From the NCBI GenBank assembly GCA_013360575.1, contig JABWBG010000001.1, positions 1 through 49,111 on the forward strand: DNA of 49,111 nt. The letters run 5' to 3'. Shown piece by piece: positions 1-6,856 of the stretch. Below the pieces are notes generated by a model, which was not told the DNA's origin, ran no database searches, and saw only the letters and a list, made by a program, of their open reading frames with translations. The position numbers and the translations under genes are program-made. Positions within the stretch are counted from its first letter, which is position 1. Each line of letters opens with the position of its first letter. The stretch comes from Caldilineales bacterium. Its GTDB lineage: Bacteria; Chloroflexota; Anaerolineae; J102.

Positions 1-326
1 GCTACTGCCGGTTTGACTTGCATGTTGGACTCCTTGTCAGGTGGAATTCTACTCTAATTTCCTCCCGCAAGTTGTCTCATTTATTATAGGCACACAGGGC
101 ACCGCAATTGATGGATGCCCAGTGGAAAGATTTTCTTGAACTTCACGAACACATGGAAGCTGTATTCAAAGCCCTGATACTCGATCCGAGACGAGAAGAC
201 TACGGCAATGTCTATCGCAAAAGTGGTGTTTCGTCTCGTTTGGTAACTTGAAGTGGCAGTAGCGGGCCACACGATTCGCCGTCATGGGCGGTTTTCGCGG
301 TTTTGCAGGGCTGGTGCTTGGGCTTT

Positions 327-434
327 GCCTAACATTGGTTCCAGCGGACGGGCCACGCAGCCCGTTATGTCAGGTCAGGGGCAACCGGCCCGCCGCTGAA
401 CGGCGGAACCGATGGTTCCGCTTGGCCGTTAGCC
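327..434 (+). repeat. attC-like site, copy A1
   Basis: R'' GCCTAAC 327-333, L'' GTTCCAGC 338-345, L' GCTGAAC 395-401, R' GTTAGCC 428-434. Same boxes as 3890-3977, but with a 20-nt insertion containing the palindrome GGAACCGATGGTTCC between L' and R'. About 48 nt upstream (279-326) is also conserved with copy A2. Confidence 0.7.
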
Positions 435-500
435 GGCGGCAGGGCGGCGAAGGCATACAAGCATTTTGTACGAAGTTCACATTTGTGATAACATAGGGGT

Positions 501-857
501 ATGCGGACTGTTATTTTCTATCGCCTCCCCAATGGTCAAGGCCCTATCGAGTCATTTTTAGACTCTCTCACAGGCAAGCAAGCGCAGAAAGTTTTATGGG
601 TATTGCAACTCATCGAAGAATTAGAGCAGATTCCTCGCCAATATTTCAAAAAACTGGTGGATAGCGATGAAATATGGGAAGTTCGTGTACAGTTCGGAAA
701 TGAGATTTTTCGGCTGTTTGGTTTCTTTGAAAACGGATCTCTGTTAATTTTGACAAACGGTTTTGTCAAGAAAACGCAAAAAACGCCCCCGCAAGAAATT
801 TCGCTTGCTATCCGTCGTAAAAATGAGTATTTGACACGGAGTAAAAAACATGAGTGA
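501..857 (+). CDS. RelE/ParE-superfamily toxin, Gp49/DUF891 (HigB-like)
   Basis: 118 aa. The pattern FYRLPNGQGPIESFLDSL...IWEVRVQFGNEIFRLFGFF..GSLLILTNGFVKKTQKTPPQEI matches the phage Gp49-like toxin family. Its 3' end overlaps the following HTH gene by 8 nt. Confidence 0.85.
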   Translation: MRTVIFYRLPNGQGPIESFLDSLTGKQAQKVLWVLQLIEELEQIPRQYFKKLVDSDEIWEVRVQFGNEIFRLFGFFENGSLLILTNGFVKKTQKTPPQEISLAIRRKNEYLTRSKKHE

Positions 858-1140
858 TGTAAAACGGTATATTCAAAATCGTGCTGAACGTGACCCAGAG
901 TTTGCGGAAAACTACGAAGTCGGCTACGCTGATTTTAAGATAGGTGTTATCTTACGCCAGGCCAGAGAAGCGGCTGGTTTAACTCAAGATGAGGTAGCAC
1001 AGAAATTACAGACGAAAAAATCTGCTATTTCTCGGATTGAAAATCACGCCGATGATGTACGGCTATCTACTATCCGGCGATATGCTGAAGCAGTAGGTGC
1101 AAATCTTCAAATACGGCTATCCAATTCGCAAAGGGCGTAG
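850..1140 (+). CDS. XRE-family helix-turn-helix antitoxin (HigA-like partner)
   Basis: 96 aa with an HTH core, LRQAREAAGLTQDEVAQKLQTKKSAISRIEN. Overlaps and is co-oriented with the upstream toxin, the classic toxin-first HigBA order. Confidence 0.85.
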   Translation: MSDVKRYIQNRAERDPEFAENYEVGYADFKIGVILRQAREAAGLTQDEVAQKLQTKKSAISRIENHADDVRLSTIRRYAEAVGANLQIRLSNSQRA

Positions 1141-1156
1141 GTTCACAAGCAAAAAC

Positions 1157-1178
1157 GCCTAACATCGCTTGCACACGG
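1157..1178 (+). repeat. attC-like 5' arm only (R''-L'' half-site); 3' arm missing
   Basis: GCCTAACATCGCTTGCACACGG lies 17 nt after the antitoxin stop and resembles GCCTAACATTGGTTCCAGCGG of copies A1/A2. No matching L'/R' follows; a foreign gene remnant starts about 25 nt later. Confidence 0.35.
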
Positions 1179-1203
1179 TCGGGCGCCGGCCCGCACCTCG
1201 CCC

Positions 1204-1317
1204 GACCAGATCACCCTATTCAAGAGCGTGGGCGTGGCCGCACAGGATGTGGCCGCGGCGGCCGTCGCCCTTGACCGCGCCGCGGCCGCCGGCTTGGGCG
1301 TTGTCGTGGCGCTGTGA
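1204..1317 (+). pseudogene. 3'-terminal remnant of an ornithine cyclodeaminase/mu-crystallin-family gene
   Basis: The in-frame translation DQITLFKSVGVAAQDVAAAAVALDRAAAAGLGVVVAL* matches the conserved C-terminal (I/L)TLFKSVG.A.QD.AAA motif of the OCD family. There is no upstream body. The segment is high-GC, unlike the neighbouring cassettes. Confidence 0.5.
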
Positions 1318-1447
1318 GAGGCGGGGAGGGGAACAGTCAACAGCCAACAGTCAACAGTCAACAGTCAACGGGCAACGGTCGGCGGTGGAGGGTTGAGCGG
1401 GTTGGACCGCCGGCTTGGGCGTTGTCGTGGCGCTGTGAGAGGCGGGG
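1286..1447 (+). repeat. 41-bp direct duplication flanking a heptamer tandem array
   Basis: 1286-1326 and 1407-1447 are identical (CCGCCGGCTTGGGCGTTGTCGTGGCGCTGTGAGAGGCGGGG). Between them are 7 consecutive 7-mers, AACAGTC/AACAGCC/AACGGGC/AACGGTC (1332-1380). The duplicated block includes the stop codon of the OCD remnant. Confidence 0.9.
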
Positions 1448-1843
1448 GGAGGCGGGGGGAGTGCGGCCATTTGCATGGTGTTTGGGAATGCGGTATATTC
1501 AGCAATATCGTCCGGGTTGCCGGACAAGGTGATTTGGTTAGCCGGTCTGGCAGCCCAAGCGTGATGCCGCTTTTTGTCCTCACGCAGGATATGATCCGGG
1601 CTGTTTCCGTGTTTGCCAGCCCATAAAGGGTGTTAGGCGGATGCCGGATACTGTCTTCTGGAGGATGAAAAAGCGGATTACGTACAATAATAGTTAGAAT
1701 TTTAGTAATTCGATACAAAATCTAAACTAAGCGTACATAAAAATCGAGAGTTTTGATTGCGGATCAAAATTTGATTCAGGTCAGACAAATTCCGGATTTC
1801 TATGGAATAACCGTTTAATCACATTCACAAAGGAGAAATCATC

Positions 1844-2323
1844 ATGACAGAAAAAGCCAAACCATCCATTGTTCGTGTCGTTCAGTCAGATTATCTGGCG
1901 GTACTTGGAATTTTGGTTCCAGTTGTATCGTTAATTATGTATGTATGTGTTGCCTATTTTGGTTACTTTCCTGGTTTTCGTGGGCGTGACCCTATTCAAG
2001 GCACTGAAGGTGCGCCGCTATTCTTTTACCTTTTCATCATCGGGCTTGTTTTTGGAATACCTCTTGCAATTTGGCGCATTCGTTCGATTCAACAGATGTT
2101 TTCAAAAAGTGTCGAAGTAGTTGGTCAAATCACGAATATTTCCTTTCACAAAGACAGGGGAAGAGTTGAATATTCGTATACCTACCAGGGTCAAAACTAT
2201 TCTGGCGGGAATGCTATTATGAAGACAAGAAAAACCCAGCAGTTACGCTCTGGAAATCAAGTAGTGCTATTGGTTAATCCAGATGAGCCAAAGCATGCTT
2301 TGATTCGAGATTTATATGTTTAA
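1844..2323 (+). CDS. DUF3592-like membrane protein
   Basis: 159 aa. SD AAAGGAG lies 7 nt upstream. Two N-terminal TM helices are followed by VVGQITNISF..GRVEYSYTYQGQNYSG...GNQVVLLVNPDEP, the DUF3592 signature. Low GC. Confidence 0.7.
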   Translation: MTEKAKPSIVRVVQSDYLAVLGILVPVVSLIMYVCVAYFGYFPGFRGRDPIQGTEGAPLFFYLFIIGLVFGIPLAIWRIRSIQQMFSKSVEVVGQITNISFHKDRGRVEYSYTYQGQNYSGGNAIMKTRKTQQLRSGNQVVLLVNPDEPKHALIRDLYV

Positions 2324-2401
2324 CGAGAAATAAAAATCTTATCTCCAGGATAAACGAGTCTTGGAGACAGAAAAGTAAGTCATGTTCCGTTTTACCAATG
2401 G

Positions 2402-2639
2402 GCGAGTCTTGTGTTCATCCAGCGATCAACACAGCGTGCTAAGAAACAGCCTCCCAGGTGCCGTTTTGAAGAAAAGGGTGTGAATCTGCTATCCTCCCCC
2501 GCAAGCCCCTCCCCTGTTTCTTCGGGCCGGAATGATGGCCCCGCCATCTGGGGCTGCTGCACCTGACGCCGCAGCGGCGGCGGTTGTTTCGTCGGACGAG
2601 TCACGGACGCTGGGGCGCAGGTGAACCGGGCCGTTGGGC
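2402..2639 (+). repeat. Cassette-boundary repeat, family B copy 1 (hairpin with attC-like 3' end)
   Basis: About 160 nt are roughly 90% identical to 4840-4998. Then inner boxes GCACCTG (2560-2566) and CAGGTG (2619-2624) enclose about 50 variable nt. Ends in GTTGGGC (2633-2639), which fits GTTRRRY. No canonical R'' was found. Confidence 0.5.
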
Positions 2640-2735
2640 CGCTGACGTAAAATCGTAAGGCTTCTTTCAAACTAGGCAAAGGTCAAACTACAATAAGGCT
2701 TACAGATCATACACGCTCTGAAAAAGTGAAAAGTT

Positions 2736-3203
2736 ATGATGAATGATTCTCTGACCCCAAAAATCCCCATATCTCCCTACCGCCCTCGAGGTATTTGGAT
2801 AATAACTATCCTAAATGTTCTCATTTCAGGGATTTTTCCTATCCTAACGGCAATTGCTTTCCTTTTTATTGAGAGTAACCCGCTGTCATCATTGGACATA
2901 TATCCTGCTTTACTCCAGGGTGGGTTAGGAATAGCAATTATATGGGTATCCATTGGAGCCTGGCAGGGTAAAGAACGTTTTAGGAAAAGGCTGTTGGTAC
3001 TACTTATTGTTTTTCATACGCTTCAAATTGTAAGTGATCTGATAATATTGCTTATTGGGGGAGTGCCCGCACAATTTATATCTCGATTCGCTGGAGCAAT
3101 TGTTCGTTCAATATTTTGGATTTGGGTCAACCTGTGGTATTTCCGGCGTTATCAGACGCTTGAGTGGTATAAAGCAATGGAGATAGCCCAGAAAAGTAGA
3201 TAA
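2736..3203 (+). CDS. Hypothetical polytopic membrane protein
   Basis: 155 aa, about 4 predicted TM helices, low GC, no recognisable family. Confidence 0.55.
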   Translation: MMNDSLTPKIPISPYRPRGIWIITILNVLISGIFPILTAIAFLFIESNPLSSLDIYPALLQGGLGIAIIWVSIGAWQGKERFRKRLLVLLIVFHTLQIVSDLIILLIGGVPAQFISRFAGAIVRSIFWIWVNLWYFRRYQTLEWYKAMEIAQKSR

Positions 3204-3508
3204 GATTTAGAAGATAATATTGATAAGATAAAACGATAAAAAGCCTGAAATAAGAAATTTAGCTCACTTAAAAAAGCGTAAGCCGGATGTGAAGATAAAC
3301 ATAAGGATATTATTTTTTGTCTTTGGGATCACTACCCGCCACATGATTTAGGTGAAGCTAAATTCCACTCGAAGTTGCCTTTTTTGCTACAAAATACGCT
3401 GTTATGTTTACAATTTCCCGCATATTTTACGATATTAGGCTAAAATTAGACCTGCCTAAACAGCATGTCGGGTAGTCAGATCTCATCCAAGAAAGCCTTG
3501 TGAAGCCC

Positions 3509-3781
3509 ATGAAACTGCACATTACGCATTGCCCAACATGTGGTAGCGACCAAATCAAACAAGTCTGCCGTGATTGGACAGGCGCTTATCGTGGTCAGAC
3601 CTATGTCGTGCCTGCGCTGACCTTCTACGAGTGTCCCGTGTGTAGCGAACGGGTCTTTGACCGTGAGGCGTTGGGCCAGATTGAGGCTGCCTCGCCTGCG
3701 TTCGTCAAACGTCGGCCAAAGGCACGCCCGTCTACGATAGCGCGTCCGCACACATCACCTCGCGTCATGCCCACGGGCTGA
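3509..3781 (+). CDS. YgiT-type (MqsA N-terminal-like) zinc-ribbon protein, no HTH domain
   Basis: HCPTCGS...x27...CPVCSERVFD is a double CxxC pattern typical of the YgiT/MqsA zinc ribbon. ATG 3509 is preferred over GTG 3500. The Pro/Arg-rich C-terminal tail runs into GC-rich DNA, so the true 3' end is uncertain. Confidence 0.6.
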   Translation: MKLHITHCPTCGSDQIKQVCRDWTGAYRGQTYVVPALTFYECPVCSERVFDREALGQIEAASPAFVKRRPKARPSTIARPHTSPRVMPTG

Positions 3782-3889
3782 TGCCTTGCCGGATACTCAC
3801 GACAGGTCTGTGCTTATGCCGCGGGTGGTCAGTACGGTTGGTCGTCATGGACGGCGGGTCGCGTTTTGCAGGGCTGGTGCTTGGGCTTT

Positions 3890-3977
3890 GCCTAACATTG
3901 GTTCCAGCGGACGGGCCACGCTGCCCGTTATGAAAGGTCAGCCGTCACCGGCCCGCGGCTGAACCTGGCCGTTAGGC
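3890..3977 (+). repeat. attC site, copy A2 (best-formed)
   Basis: 88 bp. R'' GCCTAAC 3890-3896, spacer ATTG, L'' GTTCCAGC 3901-3908, L' GCTGAAC 3958-3964, spacer CTGGCC, R' GTTAGGC 3971-3977. R''/R' are perfect reverse complements. L'' carries one extra C relative to L', the same geometry as attC-aadA7 (GTTCAAGC/GCTTAAC, recalled from memory). Confidence 0.8.
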
Positions 3978-4029
3978 TGCCCAATGAATAGCACAAACAA
4001 AGGGAGGTGCAACATGCTGTGTTTGTCAA

Positions 4030-4112
4030 TCGAAAAGTGATCCACTTGATAGTCGAAAAGTGATCCACCAGGGCGGATAGTGAGGGGAAATGATGATTGA
4101 AAAGTGATCCAC
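4030..4112 (+). promoter_or_regulatory. Three direct 16-nt repeats, T(C/T)GAAAAGTGATCCAC, upstream of hicAB
   Basis: Copies at 4030-4045, 4053-4068 and 4097-4112, with start-to-start spacing of 23 and 44 nt (about 2 and 4 helical turns). They lie 70-150 nt upstream of the hicA promoter. Confidence 0.5.
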
Positions 4113-4184
4113 TTTGGTACGAGTTTTCTTAAAAGTGAAGGGGGTGGGGCCTGGGGCGGGGGAAAGCTTTCCTTCGTCCAAAGA

Positions 4185-4212
4185 TTGACGACGTGTGTAT
4201 TATGTATATAAT
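4185..4212 (+). promoter_or_regulatory. Sigma70-type promoter of hicAB, leaderless geometry
   Basis: TTGACG (4185-4190), a 16-nt spacer, then TATAAT (4207-4212). The hicA ATG at 4220 follows 7 nt after the -10, so the transcript would start at or 1-2 nt before the start codon. Confidence 0.55.
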
Positions 4213-4219
4213 TGGAGCC

Positions 4220-4417
4220 ATGAACAGTCGCGACATCATTACCAAATTAAAAGCCGATGGTTGGGTTCTTGTCCACACACGCGGTAGTCATCACCATTTC
4301 AAGCACCCTACCAAATCTGGCAGAGTGACTGTTCCACATCCAAAACGAGATTTACCAATCGGCACAGTTCGTAGCATTTATCATCAAGCAGGCTGGCCTT
4401 GGTCAGAAAAAAAGTGA
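4220..4417 (+). CDS. hicA: HicA mRNA-interferase toxin
   Basis: MNSRDIITKLKADGWVLVHTRGSHHHFKHP is the canonical HicA/YcfA opening. The ATG at 4220 is preferred to the ORF-track GTG at 4193. Confidence 0.9.
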   Translation: MNSRDIITKLKADGWVLVHTRGSHHHFKHPTKSGRVTVPHPKRDLPIGTVRSIYHQAGWPWSEKK

Positions 4418-4423
4418 GATTCT

Positions 4424-4831
4424 ATGCGTTACCCAGTTGTCATTCACAAAGATTCAAATAGCGATTATGGCGTGACTGTGCCAGATTTATCTGGTTGTTT
4501 TAGCGCGGGTGAAACCCTTGATGAAGCGTTGCAAGAAGTCACAGAAGCCATCGAATGCCATTTGGAAGGCTTATTGATGGATGGTGAGTCTATTCCTGTT
4601 CCCCATCCAATTGAATATTATCAAAGCAAATCTGATTATGCTGATGGAATTTGGGCAATTGTCACGATAGATTTAGCAAAATTATCGGGCAAAACAAAAC
4701 GTGTTAATATTACATTGCCTGAAAGAATTTTGAATTTAATGGATAAATTCGCAGCCGCAAATGGCGAAACTCTTTCTGGGTTAATTGCACAAGCCGCAAT
4801 TGAATATATTGCCGCCCGCGAAAACGCTTAA
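4424..4831 (+). CDS. hicB: HicB antitoxin with C-terminal RHH-like DNA-binding tail
   Basis: 135 aa. YPVVIHKDSNSDYGVTVPDLSGCFSAGETLDEALQEVTEAIECHLE is the HicB N-domain. The tail KRVNITLPERILNLMD is ribbon-helix-helix-like. Starts 6 nt after hicA. Confidence 0.9.
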   Translation: MRYPVVIHKDSNSDYGVTVPDLSGCFSAGETLDEALQEVTEAIECHLEGLLMDGESIPVPHPIEYYQSKSDYADGIWAIVTIDLAKLSGKTKRVNITLPERILNLMDKFAAANGETLSGLIAQAAIEYIAARENA

Positions 4832-4839
4832 AACAATCA

Positions 4840-5078
4840 GCGAGTCTTGTACAATAAAACGCCAGCCAACACAGCGTGCTACGAAACAGTTTCCCAGGCA
4901 GCGTCTTGAAGAAGGGTCATGAATCTGCTATCCTCCCCCGCAAGCCCCTCCCCTGTTTCTTCGGGCCGGAATGATGGCCCCGCCATCTTGGGCTGTTGCA
5001 CCTGACGGCTGCGCCGGTACGATCAGGGATCATGTGAGGCGCGCCAGGCGCAGCCACAGGTGAAGCGGAACGTTAGCC
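4840..5078 (+). repeat. Cassette-boundary repeat, family B copy 2
   Basis: Homologous to 2402-2639. Inner boxes GCACCTG (4999-5005) and CAGGTG (5057-5062). Ends in GTTAGCC (5072-5078), followed by the GC-rich motif GGGCGCAGGGCGGCGAAGGC. Confidence 0.5.
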
Positions 5079-5306
5079 GGGCGCAGGGCGGCGAAGGCTG
5101 AAGCCGGACTTGCGCACTCGACCGGCAGGTGCGAGAATGAAGCAGTGTTCCGAGCCTGTTGAAGAAGTGTCGCTACGGCAGGCGAGCATCGGCCCGGTTG
5201 CGCTCCCGGCGCAGGGTGTGCGGCAGTCGTGAGCGTAACAGTGCTATTTTTTCGAAGGCTCCACCTAAAAAAGAACGTAAAAGCAAATGATGACAGGTAG
5301 GTCAAA

Positions 5307-5588
5307 ATGAGTATACAGGCCGAATGGGATGAGCAAAAAGCCAGAAGCAATCGTAAAAAACATGGAGTTAGTTTCGAGGAAGCCCGCACAGTATTCGACG
5401 ATCCACTGTTCATCATGTTTTTAGATGTGGAACACTCAACAGATCAGGAACGTTACATTACATTAGGATTATCCGTAAAAAGACGATTATTATTGATCGC
5501 ACATACTGATCGTGAAGGGATAGTCCGCATTATCAGCGCCAGAAAGGCCACTAAAAATGAGAAACGAGTCTATGAAGAATCCGAATGA
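5307..5588 (+). CDS. brnT: BrnT (DUF497) ribonuclease toxin
   Basis: 93 aa. EWDEQKARSNRKKHGVSFEEARTVFDDPL...IAHTDREGIVRIISARKATKNEKRVYE matches the BrnT/DUF497 family along its whole length. Confidence 0.9.
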   Translation: MSIQAEWDEQKARSNRKKHGVSFEEARTVFDDPLFIMFLDVEHSTDQERYITLGLSVKRRLLLIAHTDREGIVRIISARKATKNEKRVYEESE

Positions 5589-5793
5589 CGACTATGAACT
5601 AAAAGAAGAATATGATCTCTCGCAATTGCCGATTGTATCCAAAGGCCGTTACGCGCCAGAACGTCGCGTTGGAAGAAATGTTGCCATATTGGAGCCAGAT
5701 CTGGCGCAAGCATTTCCGAATGACGAAGCGGTCAACCAGGCTCTGCGAGTTGTCCTGCAGGCAGCACAGATTCCGGTAAGAATAGGGGTATAA
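5557..5793 (+). CDS. Putative antitoxin partner of BrnT (not a classical RHH BrnA)
   Basis: Overlaps the brnT 3' end; an alternative start is ATG 5572. The motif EYDLS..KGRYA..NVAILEPDLAQAFP..AVNQALR resembles small proteins I recall seeing downstream of DUF497 genes. Family assignment is from memory only. Confidence 0.55.
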   Translation: MRNESMKNPNDDYELKEEYDLSQLPIVSKGRYAPERRVGRNVAILEPDLAQAFPNDEAVNQALRVVLQAAQIPVRIGV

Positions 5794-5827
5794 ACACCAC
5801 AAAGTTCTGTCAAAACCGTGCGCAGTC

Positions 5828-5943
5828 GGCAGGGCTGCTGCTGTAAGGGTGCGGTGGACTGCCGCAACGCAAAGCCAGACCCCCCCTCGCAGACCCGCCC
5901 GCGGCCGAACCGCGGAACCGCTGGTTCCGCTTGGCCGTCAGGC
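5828..5943 (+). repeat. Cassette-boundary repeat, family A copy 3 (degenerate 5' arm)
   Basis: The 3' half, GCCGAAC-CGCGGAACCGCTGGTTCCGC-TTGGCC-GTCAGGC (5904-5943), parallels copy A1, including the same palindromic insertion. The 5' half begins GCAGGGCTGCTGC like A1/A2 but lacks a clean GCCTAAC box. Confidence 0.5.
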
Positions 5944-6011
5944 GGCCCCATGCGATTTGCGCCGTTCATAACCACATTCCTTTCAGTTGCACGCGGGACG
6001 CTAACGCGGAT

Positions 6012-6040
6012 TTGACAAACTCGAAAACCCAACGTATCTT
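6012..6040 (+). promoter_or_regulatory. Candidate promoter of mazEF
   Basis: TTGACA (6012-6017), a 17-nt spacer, then TATCTT (6035-6040). The mazE SD AAGGAGG and ATG 6071 follow. Confidence 0.4.
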
Positions 6041-6070
6041 CTATGTAGATACTAAAACAAGGAGGAATGT

Positions 6071-6313
6071 ATGCAAACCCGTGTGCAGCGTTGGGGCAAC
6101 AGCCTGGCCTTACGCATTCCCAAAGCACTGGCCGATGAAGTTGGTCTCAAAGAAAACTCACCCGTCCAGCTTTCGTTGCACGAACGGCAGTTGGTCATCG
6201 TCCCACTGCTTCAGCCCACTTTGAGCCTCGAGGCGTTACTCGCCCAAGTCACGGACAATAACCGTCACGCCGAAATGCCGACCGGCCCCGCGGTCGGGGG
6301 TGAAGCGTGGTAG
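6071..6313 (+). CDS. mazE: MazE/AbrB-fold (SpoVT/AbrB) antitoxin
   Basis: MQTRVQRWGNSLALRIPKALADEVGL is the swapped-hairpin AbrB/MazE motif. Overlaps the downstream toxin by 7 nt. Confidence 0.9.
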   Translation: MQTRVQRWGNSLALRIPKALADEVGLKENSPVQLSLHERQLVIVPLLQPTLSLEALLAQVTDNNRHAEMPTGPAVGGEAW

Positions 6314-6654
6314 CGCCGTTGGCCTACGCGCCACGGCGCGGGGATGTCGTCTGGCTCACCTTCACGCCGCAAGCGGGGCATGAGCAGGCGGGGCGTCGTC
6401 CCGCCGTGGTGTTGTCGCCGTTCTCGTACAATGCCAAAGTTGGCTTGGCGCTCTTGTGTCCGATTACCAGCGCCATTAAGGGCTATCCGTTCGAGGTGAA
6501 CTTGCCGTCTGGCTTACCAGTCAATGGCGTCATTTTGGCGGATCAGGTCAAAAGCCTGGATTGGCAAGCCCGCGCGGCGGAGTTCATCTGTGCTGTGCCA
6601 GCCGCAGTCATGCGTGAAGTTCTGCAAAAGATCAGTCTCCTGTTGGCAGAGTAA
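6307..6654 (+). CDS. mazF: MazF/PemK endoribonuclease toxin
   Basis: 115 aa with a GTG start. RRGDVVWLTFTPQAGHEQAGRRPAVVLSP...LCPITS...VILADQVKSLDW is the typical PemK/MazF pattern. Confidence 0.9.
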   Translation: MVAPLAYAPRRGDVVWLTFTPQAGHEQAGRRPAVVLSPFSYNAKVGLALLCPITSAIKGYPFEVNLPSGLPVNGVILADQVKSLDWQARAAEFICAVPAAVMREVLQKISLLLAE

Positions 6655-6716
6655 CTCTATGGTTGGTCTGTGGGTCGTGCGACGGGTTGTCAGCACGGTT
6701 CGCCCGCATGGGCGGG

Positions 6717-6809
6717 GCCTAACCCTGCTGCACCTGACATGTGGGATGCTGCAGCATTTTCGAGCATGTTCCCCGCCCGCGCCCACGCAGGTAACGCAAG
6801 CCGTCAGCC
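6717..6809 (+). repeat. attC-like site, last of the array
   Basis: 93 bp. R'' GCCTAAC 6717-6723, inner boxes GCACCTG 6730-6736 and CAGGT 6788-6792, R' GTCAGCC 6803-6809. Begins 62 nt after the mazF stop. Same inner boxes as the family-B repeats. Confidence 0.6.
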
Positions 6810-6856
6810 GGCGGCAGGGCCGCGACGACTGAAAGCCTCGTAGCCTCGGGGATAGA

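Larger units (their letters stand above)
279..6809 (+). mobile_element. Integron-type gene-cassette array (attC-punctuated; no intact integrase in the window, so CALIN-like as seen here)
   Basis: Seven short low-GC gene modules, all on the + strand. Each is followed by a GC-rich imperfect hairpin repeat with RYYYAAC...GTTRRRY-type ends (327-434, 2402-2639, 3890-3977, 4840-5078, 5828-5943, 6717-6809). R'-to-R' spacing in the intact part is 0.86-1.34 kb. The cargo is dominated by toxin-antitoxin pairs, as in sedentary chromosomal integrons. Confidence 0.65.

Noticed and set aside
111-251. 46-codon + strand ORF (MDAQWKDFLELHEHMEAVFK...) upstream of the first attC, and the overlapping 62-aa minus ORF 84-272.
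   Set aside because: It is plausibly the cargo of the first, partially visible cassette. However, no family, SD or partner could be recognised, and it is too short to call.
284-496. ORFs translated from the GC-rich island repeats (284-496 +, 2392-2679 -, 5030-5416 -, 5649-6128 -, 5818-6015 +, 6524-6832 +).
   Set aside because: Each coincides with an attC-like or REP-like repeat copy. Their similarity to one another is at the DNA-repeat level. None has a start context or protein-family signal.
1566-1679. Possible degenerate BrnT-like remnant on the minus strand (NPLF...YGLANTETARIISCVRTKSG versus DPLF...IAHTDREGIVRIISARKAT).
   Set aside because: Only two short motif-like matches, with large gaps. 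This cannot be supported without a profile search.
4014-4112. Mini-ORFs MLCLSIEK* (4014-4040) and MMIEK* (4091-4108) as real peptide genes.
   Set aside because: The shared ..IEK* ending simply reflects the TGA inside the 16-nt repeat. They are kept only as part of the repeat finding, not as genes.
6770-6856. Apparent extension of the integrase remnant into the IntI-specific region (VVAALPPADGLRYLRGRG versus GVALPDALERKYPRAG).
   Set aside because: This stretch overlaps the attC-like site 6717-6809 and the recurrent GGCGGCAGGGC motif, which also occurs at 435-449 and 31875-31891. The resemblance may therefore come from the repeat, so it is not used as evidence for IntI identity.
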